Source of the DNA: Marsupella aquatica
Lineage: Eukaryota; Plantae; Marchantiophyta
NCBI GenBank assembly: GCA_973895155.1
Contig: OZ316896.1
Coordinates: 23,820,144 to 23,884,143 of the forward strand
DNA: 64,000 nucleotides
Direction: 5' to 3'
Below, piece after piece: positions 1-12,199 of the stretch. A program made the position numbers and the translations under genes. The notes beneath the pieces are model-generated. The model was not told where the DNA came from. It worked only from the letters and a program-made list of their open reading frames with translations, and ran no database searches. Numbering within the stretch: the first letter of the stretch is position 1; the number at the start of each line of letters is the position of its first letter.

Positions 1-448
1 TATAAATCTATCAACCTCCATTCACAAAGACTGACAAGGTAAAACACAAAGGAACTTTCTAAGAAGATACATACAAAGAAATGTTGTTGGTAGTTTGGAT
101 AACTTTGGAGTGAGAGTAGTTTAGGGTAATAACATTGTCACCTCTAATTATCATATTTTTCAATATATTAATTTATTTCCAAAATTAAGGGTGGCGTTAA
201 ATAGTGTCACTTGGCTGAAAATCAAGAGCTACCCCTAATTAGTGTGTGACACTAATTGTTTCATGACACTAAATACTGTAAAGAGTGTAATTTTCTGGAA
301 TAAAAAGCAATATTGCTTGGAGAAGGCTCTTTCAAATTTGCTATATCTCGAATCCCAATCCTGCCACAAGTCCTGCTAATAGCAGAAATAATAGCATCTG
401 CTTGGTATACCACGACCCCTTTCTTGCTTTGGCGCGAATAATCTGAAA

Positions 449-1025
449 TCACTTGAAGCTGGCAGGGTCGATGATCGGCTTGTAGGCGTCCAGGTCATGT
501 GTTAGAATCCGATTGATTCTATCAGCGTCGAGAATCCATGACGGTTCCACCACTGCTTGGCCTAACCTGAAAGAGATACTGTAAATTAACAGTGCCTGGC
601 TTATTGGGTCTTCCTCATGTGTAAAGGACTCTCTGATTTCTTCTTTAAAACTCTCATCAGACTCTAAAATTTCAGCTCCATCTTCTATTCTATCATCCAA
701 ACCCATTAATCTTTCTAGTCTTGGCAGCAATTCACTTTGTTGATGTTGTCGGATTTGTTCTCCTATGTCTCGTGTTGTGGCGTCCAATTGTTCCCAACTG
801 GTACTCAGTACTCCACTCGTGGACTGTAGAGCTAACACGATTGGTGGCTCTACCTGTTGTGACCTAGTCACTATATTCACATCCATTGTCTGAATTCTTA
901 CATGATTAACTGGTGCTTTAGTTTGTGCTTCGGTTCTTTCTTTATTATGTTGTACCCATAATTCACACTTAGCCCCTCTTATATGTCTGGGCTTCCCACA
1001 ATAATAGCAAGTAAGGGGAGGTCTT
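449..1025 (-). pseudogene. LTR-retrotransposon gag-like fragment with zinc-knuckle-like motif
   Basis: CYYCGKPRHIRGAKC knuckle-like motif. The ORF-track N-terminus (1026-1129) reads out of an inserted LTR-like fragment and is probably not part of this gene. Confidence 0.5.
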
Positions 1026-1440
1026 TGTGACGCCCCCAGCACGGCTGGTAATGAGTAATTCTGCTTAATCCGTGTTAAGCACGTATGAAGTAGATGTACG
1101 AATCCGTAGTTATTAGCATAACGATACAAAATTAGCTAGTCATGATTCTTAGGACAGGTTTTAGTAATAATGGGAGTTCACGCTTGGGCTGGCGGCGCAG
1201 CACGTGACGTATTGCCGGATTAGGGGCGCGTTATGGTCGTCAGCCTCGGATCCGTATAACTGATCCGGAGGCAGCTCTCTGCCACACTCTGACCCGGACT
1301 GAAGGAGTGATCGGTAAGCCTCGAGCGTGACAAGCTCGGCCTATCGTGAGCAAGAGGAGCCGATCGATCGATGCAAGGCAGAGGTATAAAAGGTGGACCC
1401 TTCCCCGTTTCAGGTTTACCAGTTCTCTCCTTGCGCAAGC
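1026..1440 (+). mobile_element. 5-prime fragment of a TGTGACGCC-family LTR-like element
   Basis: Starts TGTGACGCC and aligns by eye with 19332-19750 (shared taatgagt, ttattagcataacga, aggtataaaagg). The right boundary is approximate. Confidence 0.65.
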
Positions 1441-1724
1441 TTTAACCTAGCGAAAATCAATAGAATCAAATTTAAAAGCGTTTATGCAACTGAAGGATGA
1501 CTTACTGGTTCACCTTGTGCATAGCCGCTTCAAGCTCAACTAGAAAACCTCGATCTCCCTTAAAGACAGTGCATTGAACACGCGGATGGTACTTGATATT
1601 CTCTGGGTTCTCATTTGTAGTGATGAATCATTAAGGGAAGAACCATTGAGAACTGAACAAATCAGAGCGAAAAGTGAGCAAGAGATAATAATGAAATTGG
1701 TAGAGGTTATTTCAAAGGCTAAAG

Positions 1725-2010
1725 TTGACTGTTGAAGAATTGTTATGTATAGCTCCACAATGCACAGAAGCACGGTTCAAGAAAATGAGTGAGGGAGCAC
1801 AAGAGACAGCAATACCAAATACCAGTGAGGTAAGGGAAAGGACAACTACAACAAGAAACGAAGAAGATAATCAGCAGGAATTACCACGAACACCAACTTA
1901 TAAGTTGGAAAAGACAGTATTAGCTGATTAGGGAGCAATGGTAGAGTTAAATATAAAAGGAACCAAGATTAAGAATGTATTATTGGATGGTAGTTCAGCA
2001 GTAATCCTTG
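1725..2010 (+). pseudogene. Gypsy gag-protease remnant
   Basis: 1935-2010 translates as AMVELNIKGTKIKNVLLDGSSAVIL, resembling the retropepsin active-site strand (LLDGGSxVN). An upstream stop interrupts the frame. Confidence 0.5.
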
Positions 2011-4226
2011 TAGAATTCACAATCTGCTAAGAATTACTTGTCGTAGTGGCTTCGGATTGCTGAATTGCTATAGTTGCTTCTCGGGGAGTTGGTATCGAGC
2101 TGTGCGTAGCTACATGCTGACGAATCCATTGATCCCTGTTAGGTTCGCGTTACCACTTTTACACGGCCTCTCGTCATGTCCTGTGGGCAGAGAATCCCTA
2201 GTAAGGCCCTAGCTGTACTGGATGTTCTTCTCCGTTTCGACCTTAGATTGCTGGGCAACTATACTTCTCACCTCTGAGCGCCCAAGGAAGCGGGACAGAA
2301 TCTCTTTTTCAGCCCGGGATACTGTCCATCCTGGTTCAAGTCCTGCTCATTTCTTGCATGACGTCTCCTGCTGCCCGTCTCCTGATTTCTCGTCACAATC
2401 TAGATCAATTTTGTTGCCACTTGCTTCAACTTCTTGTTCTGAACGAATTGTCGAGCCTGCCCAATTTGCTACTTATACGGTCTGCATAACACTTGTTCAC
2501 AAGTTCTTCGTTTGGTATGCAGGACACTTCAGTTGGAAAGGGTTCTTTCTTGGAGGGCGATAAACAAGAGCACTCGCGCCATAGTTTTTCAGAGGGCAAT
2601 GTGCAGGTATGACGGTGGGTTGCTTTGGGGTTTGGATGGAAGATCTTCTCAAAACTTCTTCTCAAAACTTGTAGTTTTGATTCTCAAGTTTTGATGGCAA
2701 AGCTGGGATGATTCGTAAAAGAGTCCAGCAGGAGAATTGATCCTGGAGAAGATACCGCTACTGCTATGCTTCTAGGGCTTCCTCCAACTGTTACGCTGAG
2801 CTGAGATTCCTCTGCCCCCGGGCAAGGTTTCCCCAACAGAGCCTTCGCGTAATGAATATTCTTTCCTTAGTCCATGGGAAGGAAAGATGAGACTTGAAAT
2901 TTGAGGGCTCTGCAAGATTGCACTACTTAGACTGATTTGAACCTTTGTCAAACAGGTAAGATCGTATTTCTCAAAACTGTACCATTGAGCTCCGTATTCC
3001 CGGCACGGGAAGGGAGCTGACTCAATGGAACTTTTGGATATGGACCGCTTTAGGCAGCAGTCCTCAGCCAGGTATGATTAATTTTGTATGCATGTCATTT
3101 TGTTGGATTTGATGTGACCAAACAACCTTGAATACATTCTCAACAAAGACGTTTGATTTGCAGAGTTTATCCTTCATCTTCCGGTTTGATTGGTATTGGC
3201 ATCCGCCATTGTTCTTGTACACGACCTTCAAGTAAGGAGACTGAAGAGCGATTTCAACGTTGTGCGTACCTACTTTTAAACAGAAACTCTTGTTCCAGCA
3301 CCACGGTGTGACATTTATAGTTGCGGGAGTTTCCTGCTATGAGGCTTATGTGATCAAGACTTGAGTTGAACTTCAAGTTTGATTCCTTTTTCGTGTTAAG
3401 AAGCACAGGGTGGGTTGGGGGGAGGGGAGGGGAGGCTGTTACATTCATGTCGTATGTGTCTCTTCACGGATTGTATAAGAGCCAAGTTCAAGAATGATGG
3501 ATAGCCTTTATTTCTGAATTGTAGAAGAGGGAGGGAAGCGCTTTCACGTTCATGTCATCTGTGTCTAATCACGATGGATTCTACAGATGATGGCTAGGCT
3601 TTATTTCTAAGTAGTCTCTTTTCAGAAACCTGAGATTCTGGTTTGTGTATAGCGCAGAAAGGACAGTGTAGGCAACTTACAAATGAACGCCTGTCAAGAT
3701 GCCCTAAGAGTCTGTCCTGTACACAACCCAAGGATAACATGTGACTTCTGGCTGAAGTATTTTAGTACAAATTCGATAGGCTCTTGACTCTGACCTTTCT
3801 GTGGGTACAGTGAAATACGGGAGAAGGAACGAGCTTGTTGATACCTGGATATGCCTTTCACAATTAGTTCGATATTCTATTCTAAGATCATTGCATTCTT
3901 GACAGATAGCCGTTACTCTCAGTTGGAAAGGAGTCATTTAACTTTTGCAAGTTATCTGTACCAAAGATCACAGCAGAGCAAGGGAGACAAGAAAATACAT
4001 CTTTGGACGGAGGTAGGAATGCACCCTAGAACTCGAGAGGCTTACCGGTCTGCGATCCATTTCTGAACACTCATTGTAGAAAGATCACTGGAAACATAGT
4101 CGTCAAGAAATAACTACAAATTCATGGCACCTCGTGAAATCTCCTGGATTTTATTCTGGTAGCAGATCTGATCGTGGGTTGTGGTGCTGACAGAGGAAGC
4201 CCAGAGCACCTGAGTTCAATCAGAAG

Positions 4227-7091
4227 TTGACAAGACTAGCATTTTGGGTGGATGGATGGTCAACCCCAGCGTGGGTTAAGGCAAGGGCGAATTTGGTTAC
4301 TCACTGCAGATTTCCATCTAATGTTAGTTATTGCACGAGAGATCGGTCTCAAGTCACTACAAAAGGAATTGGCAGTAGGCATATGCATCCTGGTACCACG
4401 GGTCAAACAATTGCTATGTTGAAAGACCGCCTACAGCGAGGCATTGCTATAGACTCGTACACATATGTTAAAGTTCTGCAAATGTGCTTGCAACAGAAAG
4501 ACCTTTCAGGAGCCAAGCAAATTCATGATTGCATCATCGAGAGTGGAATTCACGAAAATCCATATGTGGCAGTCACGCTTTTGAATGTGTATATCAAATG
4601 CGGAGGTTTATCGGATGCACGTAGAGTTTTTGATCAAATTCAGAAGAAGAGTGTTATTACTTGGACCAGCATGATTGCGGGATACGCTAGGAGTGATCAA
4701 GCTGAATCTGCCCTCGAAATTTTCAATCTAATGCGCCAAGAAGGCGTGAAGCCGAATGAGATCACGTATCTGAGCATCCTGAATGCATGTTCAAGCCCAT
4801 TAGCTCTCAATTGGGGAAAAGAAATTCATCAGGGTATTCGACATGCCGGCTTTGAATCGGACGTGCGTGTAGGGTCTGCTCTCGTACTGATGTACGCTAA
4901 ATGTGGGTGCATCACCGAGGCAAGGAATGTTTTTGAAAAGTTGACTAATCGAAATGTCATTACATGGAATGTTATGATTGGAGCATGTGCAGAACGTGGT
5001 GATGGTGTGGAAGCATATCGACTATTCCTCCAAATGAGACGGGATGGCTTCGAACCAAATGCAATCACCTATACGAGCATCCTGAATGCATCCGCATGTG
5101 ATGGGGGTTTGGCATGGGTGAAGGACGTTCATGGCCACGCTAGGAAAGCGGGACTGGAGTCAGATTTGCGTGTGGGCTCTGCGCTGGTTCACATGTATGC
5201 AGAGAGTGGCAGGATAGGTGACGCCCGACTGGTTTTTGACAGAATGGAGAAACGCGATGTAGTCACATGGACTGTAATGATCGGTGGACTTGCACAACAA
5301 GGATGTGGGCATGAAGCATATCGACTGTTTCTCCAAATGAGACTTGAAGGCTTCGAACCAGATGCAATCACTTATCTGAGCATCCTGAATGCATCTGCAA
5401 GTGCGGGGGCTTTGGAGTGGGTGAAGGAGATTCATGGCCATGCTGCCGAAGCAGGACTGGAGTCAGACTTGCGTGTGGGCACTGCACTGGTCCACATGTA
5501 TGCAAAGAGTGGCAGTATAGATGACGCCCGACTTGTTTTTGAGAGAATGGAGAAACACAATGTAGTCACATGGAACGTAATGATCGGGGGACTTGCACAA
5601 CATGGATGTGGGCATGAAGCATATCGAATGTTTCTTGAAATGAGACGCCAAGGCTTCGAACCAGATGAAATCACTTATGTGACCATCCTGAATGCATCTG
5701 CAAGTGCGGGGGCTTTGGAGTGGGTGAAGGAGGTTCATGGCCACGCTAGCAAAGCCGGACTGGAGTCGGATTTGCGTCTGGGCAATGCACTCGTTCACAT
5801 GTATGCGAAGATTGGCAGTATAGATGATGCCCGACTGGTCTTTGACAGAATGGAGAAACGCGATGTAATCACATGGAATGTTATGATAGCAGGGCTTGCA
5901 CAACATGGATCTGGGCATGAAGCATATCGAATGTTTCTTGAAATGAGACGCCAAGGCTTCGAACCAAATGAAATCACTTATGTGACCATCCTGAATGCAT
6001 CTGCAAGTGCGGGGGCTTTGGAGTGGGTGAAGGAGGTTCATGCCCACGCTAGCAAAGCCGGAGTGGAGTCGGATTTGCGTGTGGGTAGTGCACTCGTTCA
6101 CATGTATGCAGAGAGTGGCAGTATAGCTGACGCCCGACTTGTTTTTAACAGAATGGAGAAACGCGATGTAGTCACTTGGAACATAATGATCGGTGGACTT
6201 GCACAACACGGATATGGGCAGGAAGCCCTGGAACTTTTCAGACAAATGAATGCAGACCATGTGAAGCCCACCGAGACGTCATTCACAGCTGTGTTGTCAG
6301 CCTGTTCTCATGGAGGCCTTGTTGATGATGGCCGTAGAATCTTTTCTGCTATGACGCAAGATTATGGTATCGAGCGTACTGTTTTTCACTATACCCTCAT
6401 GGTGGATATTCTTGGGCGGGCGGGACACGTGGAAGAAGCAAAGCAGTTGATCAGTGAGATGCCGATCGAACCAGATGATGTAACTTGGACAGCCTTGCTT
6501 GGGGCTTGTAGAACTTACGGTAACGTGGAGCTGGGTGAACTGGCCGCTAACGAGCTTTTCAAGTTGGAACCCGGTAAGGCCTCTACATATGTGCTACTCT
6601 CCAATATCTATGCTGCAGCTGGGAAGTGGGAGAAGGTGTCATCTGTGCGCACTATGATGCAAGAGAGAGGTGTTCGGAAGGAGCCAGGACGTAGCTGGAT
6701 CGAAGTTCATAACAAGATCCATGAATTTGTGGTGGGGGATACATCTCACCCAGAAGCGGAAGCGATCTATACTGAGTTGAATAAATTGAGTGAGAAACTC
6801 AAGGCGGAAGGCTACATTCCGGATACCCAGCTTGTATTGCATGATATCAATGAAGAGGATAAAGAGCTAGCCCTTTGCTCTCATAGTGAGAAGTTGGCTA
6901 TTGCTTACGGACTTATGCACCTACCTTGGGGAGAACCTATTCGTGTAAGTAAGAACCTTCGGGTGTGTTCAGATTGCCACTCAGCAACCAAGTATATCTC
7001 TAAGGTGACCGGACGAGAGATTATTGCAAGGGATGCAAATCGGTTTCACCATTTTAAAGATGGAATGTGTTCTTGTGGTGATTACTGGTGA
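4227..7091 (+). CDS. PLS-class pentatricopeptide repeat protein with E1-E2-DYW deaminase domain (organellar RNA editing or splicing factor)
   Basis: About 20 P/L/S motifs, PGRSWIE box, HSEKLA and CSDCH zinc motifs, C-terminal CSCGDYW; uninterrupted ORF. The true start is uncertain (ATG 4383 or 4416, or upstream exons splicing to the ctgcag acceptor near 4309). Confidence 0.96.
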   Translation: MTRLAFWVDGWSTPAWVKARANLVTHCRFPSNVSYCTRDRSQVTTKGIGSRHMHPGTTGQTIAMLKDRLQRGIAIDSYTYVKVLQMCLQQKDLSGAKQIHDCIIESGIHENPYVAVTLLNVYIKCGGLSDARRVFDQIQKKSVITWTSMIAGYARSDQAESALEIFNLMRQEGVKPNEITYLSILNACSSPLALNWGKEIHQGIRHAGFESDVRVGSALVLMYAKCGCITEARNVFEKLTNRNVITWNVMIGACAERGDGVEAYRLFLQMRRDGFEPNAITYTSILNASACDGGLAWVKDVHGHARKAGLESDLRVGSALVHMYAESGRIGDARLVFDRMEKRDVVTWTVMIGGLAQQGCGHEAYRLFLQMRLEGFEPDAITYLSILNASASAGALEWVKEIHGHAAEAGLESDLRVGTALVHMYAKSGSIDDARLVFERMEKHNVVTWNVMIGGLAQHGCGHEAYRMFLEMRRQGFEPDEITYVTILNASASAGALEWVKEVHGHASKAGLESDLRLGNALVHMYAKIGSIDDARLVFDRMEKRDVITWNVMIAGLAQHGSGHEAYRMFLEMRRQGFEPNEITYVTILNASASAGALEWVKEVHAHASKAGVESDLRVGSALVHMYAESGSIADARLVFNRMEKRDVVTWNIMIGGLAQHGYGQEALELFRQMNADHVKPTETSFTAVLSACSHGGLVDDGRRIFSAMTQDYGIERTVFHYTLMVDILGRAGHVEEAKQLISEMPIEPDDVTWTALLGACRTYGNVELGELAANELFKLEPGKASTYVLLSNIYAAAGKWEKVSSVRTMMQERGVRKEPGRSWIEVHNKIHEFVVGDTSHPEAEAIYTELNKLSEKLKAEGYIPDTQLVLHDINEEDKELALCSHSEKLAIAYGLMHLPWGEPIRVSKNLRVCSDCHSATKYISKVTGREIIARDANRFHHFKDGMCSCGDYW

Positions 7092-8418
7092 ACCCAGATT
7101 GAAAGCTGTGTTGGGCTGGCTGGAAAGTGACTTCAAATCAGTAGTCACTGGCGATACAATCAGGTTTTGGGTGTCGCAATTCTGTAACATTAATTTGAGA
7201 TTCTGCAATTGGGGGTTGTACCTAGCCCTCTCCTGGCTGAAAGACCATTTCATGTAAGAGAAATGTCACGCAAGTTTCGTTTTGAGTGTCAAAATTATAG
7301 GTGCGTGAAATCAAGCTGTTGGCTTGATATGTAGAAACCTCTTTTGACATCTTAGTTGAGTATTGTCCTTAGATCAAAAGAAGAGTTTGCATACAGTAGC
7401 TGCTTGCTGTGAACATCGTACTGGACGGGAACTCACATTGGTGACAGGAGACGAAAATTAAGGGCATCAAGATCAAATGCGCGAATGGCGACCTCCACCA
7501 GCAGAAAACTTCAAGCAATGATTCTTCGAGTTCATCGACTTGCAGGAAACCTTTGGCCGAGACTGATGGATGTATTCAGATCCTCGAATACATCCATGTC
7601 GAAGATTAGATAATTCAATTCTAGTAAAGTGGTCATGTTCTTCTGCTTCAAAGGGAGTTGACAGTCTGGATTCGACCAAAACGATAGGAAGTTCCATCTG
7701 CGTCTCAACTGTCTGAGCTTCTCAGATTCGCAAGATATGGTCGTGAAACGTGCTCGAAAGCTTGTTAGCTACTTTGGGGTTAGGGAAGGCGTAAGGGAAT
7801 AATTCTCAAATGACGCGAGAATGGAATGATGCACTGTACAGTACTATCGTGAAGGATCGGACAAGGCAGGAAAGTGGACTGTATTTGCAGTAGAAACTTT
7901 GCTACGTTGACGGCATGATTGAATCCGAAAGCTCATAGACCGTGCGCGTGAACGTAGAAGGGAGCATAGTTCTGCAAGGAATAGTGGAGTAGCTTGCGTA
8001 TGTTGCTGCTGCTGGGCCCATGCCTACTTCAAGAAAATAGGTTCATGTCTAGAAGGTCTTGAGAGAGACGTAATAACAATCAGAACATTAGGTAAGTACT
8101 CAAATGAAGGAGAACACCTTGCTATCATAAAAACTCCTGCTGTTACCATAGTAGCTGCGCCTAATCTGTTATCTTTTCTTTTTGGCTTGAATTTGCTTGG
8201 GTGACATGTTGAAGACGTCTGGTGGAAAGACACCATTCTTCCTTTGAATTAATCCAAAAACAGTCAGGCAGCAATCAACCACTAAATTTAATGTTCTTGA
8301 CACTGGAATGCCAATCTGGCAGTTGTTTTCCTCAATCCTCGGCTGTCAATTCAACGAGAAAACAGGAAATTTTGCTAGCCACACTGGAAATGGCTCGCGA
8401 GGCGGACCTGATTGGTCG

Positions 8419-8494
8419 GGAAATAAGTCATGATGACCAATATCCGATTAATCCAATCAGGAAATAAGTCATGATGACCAATATCCGATTAATC
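8419..8494. repeat. Short direct duplication, 41-bp period
   Basis: ggaaataagtcatgatgaccaatatccgattaatc occurs twice. Confidence 0.9.
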
Positions 8495-8527
8495 TTTGAC
8501 CTTCGTCTGAACAATTCTCATTGCCAA

Positions 8528-10010
8528 TGTGGACCTAAGGTTAAGTCTACTCCAAATCGTGGTGTAACCACTAACCTAAGGTAGTTACTACAACCACCTG
8601 AGTAACTACCTCTATGTATATATGTTTCCCTACATGAATGAGAAGACTATTCTATGTAGTACTCAACATGTTATCAGCATGAGTGGGCTCGACATTCAAT
8701 TTTTTCCTTTAAAGTGAGAATTAGATGTGGAGGGGTCTCCTTACGAAATTATACACAGATCTCTGTAAATCTCTGTCAAAAATTGGCATGGGATTTGGAT
8801 TGCAAATTAGTCCATTGCCCACATAGGCGATTCCATCCCACCAAACATTCACCGCCTAATGATATCGCCAACCAATTTCACCAATCTCCATAACTTTATT
8901 CAAGGATACAATCAAAACATCCGAGCAATCTCCCCGAGCACATCCAAGGCAGCCAATCCTCAAATCCGGACAGCGTTGAATGCTACTACAAACAGCTGAG
9001 CGAGAAATGTCTACCCAATAATAACTCCGGGACAAGGGAACGAGAAAGGTGCAAGCGCAAATTTAGATAAGTGACTTTCCCATTTTACCATATCTCATAC
9101 AGTGATCATTCAATTGAGAATCACAAATTCCCCTCAATCTTTGGACACCCACAATGACCACAAATACTATCGGAAAACTCTACTTCCAAGCGTTGAATAT
9201 AGACGGATCATCCAACTATCTATCTTGGTCTCTAGATATTGAAGCACACCTTGCCTCCAAAGATCTGCAAGACACCATTCTAACGGATGCCGGTCCAACT
9301 TTGCAGCAGAAGGCTAAAGCCTTAATTCTAATTAGACATCACCTTGTAGACTCCCTAAAATGCCAGTACATGAATGAATAGATTCCCCGCATCCTCTGGA
9401 TGACCTACACTCAAGATTTGACCACACGTGCACAATTTTTCTACTTGTAGCAAGGCATGATTGGGTTAATCTTAGAGTTCAAGACCACAAAACTATTGCG
9501 ATTACAACATCGAACTATTCAGAATTGTTGCACAATTGGCCATCTGTGGACAACCAGTGGGAGATGAAGAGCATTGAGAAAACATTGTCCACATTCCACT
9601 CCACCAACCTAGTCCTATCCACACAATACAGGAACATGAACTTCACTAAATATTCTGAGTTGATCGCACATATGTTGTTGGCCAAAAAACATCAACTATT
9701 ACTACTACAGAACACAAAAACAAGACCCCCATGCACACTCCCACCACAACCAAATACAGAAACACATTACAATGTACAAGGGAGGGAAAACGGGACCTCA
9801 TTTGGTGGGAGAGGGGGAAGTAGAGGGAGAGCACTCCAAACGGGCCGAGGAAACAACTTCAGACGCGGTGGCAGAAGCAATACATACCAAGGAAGGGGTC
9901 GCGGAAGACCCAGGTTCAGCGGCAACAATTATCGGAATACCTGGAGAAGAGATACATACATTTTTGTGCAGCCCAGCAATCACAATGCCCGGTCTTTGCA
10001 ATCTTTATCG
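8528..10010 (+). mobile_element. Degraded Ty1/Copia element, Bianca-like: LTR end, leader and gag pseudogene
   Basis: LTR end ...actcaaCA at 8668 is followed by TGTTATCAGCA. Gag N-terminus KLYFQALNIDGSSNYLSWSLDIEAHL and IEKTLSTFH...QYR resemble Bianca gag. Stops and frameshifts present; no pol. The left boundary is approximate. Confidence 0.7.
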
Positions 10011-10156
10011 TGGTCTTTTTGCCATGAGTGCCCAAAAAAGACCGTCCCGCCATGAAAATACAAAGGAACCAATATTACAAAGTAAGTCGATCCCCATGCC
10101 ATTCTTTAAATGTCACTACGTCGAGAGCCCGAATAGCACTGCGACCATCTTCCCGT

Positions 10157-10498
10157 TGTCATAAGGAAATTAAAATAATATGAAGAATGACTTGGTTTTG
10201 TATGAAAATATAAAAGTAGAAATTTTCAGTAAGATTTATATGATAACAAGTAGATTTTGGGTTTTACCAAGTAAAATTGTAAGTCTTGGTAATTTTCAAA
10301 ATCTACCATAGTAAATAGTAATTTCTAGAATTTACCATAGTTAAAAGGTAAATTCCGGTAACTTCTAGAATGTACCATTGTAAATAGTAATTTCTAGTAT
10401 TTACCATAGTAAAAGGTAAATTTTGGTAACTTCTAGAATTTACCATGGTAAAAAAGTAAGTTCTAGACTTTATGTGGTAAAAAAGTAAAATCTAGTAA
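10157..10498 (+). mobile_element. Partial Gypsy LTR, same family as the LTR at 13874
   Basis: TGTCATAAGGAAATTAAAAT... is near-identical to 13874-14215 and includes internal ttctagaatttaccatagtaaa subrepeats. Confidence 0.85.
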
Positions 10499-10519
10499 AT
10501 CCCGAGGACGATTTTGGCC

Positions 10520-10893
10520 ATATGGAGTAATACAGGATTAGGGTTTTGCTACGATGGATGCGACACCAAGTTAAGTGATGGCAGAGATTTGCTTTGGGCG
10601 TAAAAGCGAGGCAACGAAGACAAATGGGAGAAGGACGACTGAATGTTTTTAGTAGAGATTGACTTACTCATATTTGCAAGCCTGTAGGAGAAGGGAAACC
10701 CATGTTTAGGTTTATGATCCACATTAGGGAAGGAGACTGCCATGTCTCGAACGAAGCGGGACAACAGCTATTTGGCATGAATGGTGAATCTTTCCAACGA
10801 CAGTTGACGACCCAGGAGGCTGTTGAAGAATTTTGCAGGGGAATCATGTCATCAAAATGGAACCTGATGTTGGGACGAGAACTCGATCAATGA
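10520..10893 (+). pseudogene. RPA70-like OB-fold fragment, possibly Helitron-derived
   Basis: FRFMIHIREGD...NEAGQQLFGM resembles the RPA1 C-terminal OB fold; the upstream part is frameshifted. Confidence 0.35.
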
Positions 10894-12199
10894 CAACGTA
10901 ACTGCTGGAGGCTAATCACCACTAAACGAATTGTTTTCCGGAACCTTGCGAAACCAGAAGATACATCAAATGTCTGTAACTTGACCTTAGTATTGAGAGA
11001 CTTAACCATAATTAGCAGTTAGGAAACAATGGTTCCGACCACAAATCGCTTACAAAGATGTTTAGTGTAGTAATTCCAGTCAACAACGGATAAAGATCGG
11101 GAACAACAGATAGCGGTTTAGTAACCGCAAACAGTAGTTTAATAACCAATATGCGGTTATGTTCATTAGTAAGTTAGATAACCATTTTTGATAGAGTAGT
11201 CGGACATTGGAAACCGATAGACCTTGCAGGAAGACAATATTTAAAGTTGGCAATGGCGTAGGGCAAGGGGTCACTTTTGCAATAGGAAATCTGATTGAGA
11301 GGTGAAGCCAGACTTCCCTTAAGATGATCAGTAGTTTTGTTTAAGTGTTCCCTACTCAGATGTGAGTAGAATTTCAATGTTGAGAAGTAAAGAAATCATT
11401 ATGGCACAACCTAGAGATTTGTTCTTGAATGAGCATATTGTTGAGGAAGTTTACAGGAAGAGATTGTGATTGAATACGAGAGTAAGAACTGAGAGTGAAT
11501 GGATTCAGAGACTGAGAAGATTGAGTGAGACAGTGTGATAAATTCTGCATTATAAGAAAATTAAGCCTATTGAAGTTATAACCAGAGAATTAGAGAGAAG
11601 TATGTTAAGACGGTCATATTCCGACTGCAGGAATGAATGAGGATTAATTCACTCAGAGTGAGCACGTTGAGGTGTAATACCTTACGGAATCAAACCAATA
11701 GACAACTCATAAGCAGTGGAGTCTGGCTGAAGTTTGTGTGTTTTGCGAATGACAATCTAATTGTCATACACCTTTAGCATAACGGAGTAATCGTTGAATT
11801 GACATTCTACTTACGAATAGCCTTTCTTGATCTACTTCATCGCATAAGTAATTGATCGAACTCCTGGTGGGAGCATCAATGAGACGATTGGATCTAATCA
11901 GATCACAATCACTGAAAGCATGAGTACTAACAACGAGGATAGGAAGGATTCCTCACTAATTAGGCTCAGGCCAATTGAACTGTGGATCTGTTCAATTGGT
12001 TTGCACCTAATTACTCGTTGGCTGAGGGAAGAGAGTATTCCAATTTGTATTTTCACTTACCGTGAGTGGTTTGGATTCATAGAGATTGTGTACCGAGAAG
12101 GATTAGTATTAACTGAGTTGATCGTATCCAGGAAGTGGAAAGAAGAAGTAGACATTGAAGAACATTCAGCTGAAATTACAGGTTCAGAGTACGAAAATG

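Noticed and set aside
4829-6286. Antisense ORFs within the PPR gene
   Set aside because: Shadow frames repeated only because of the 303-bp duplication.
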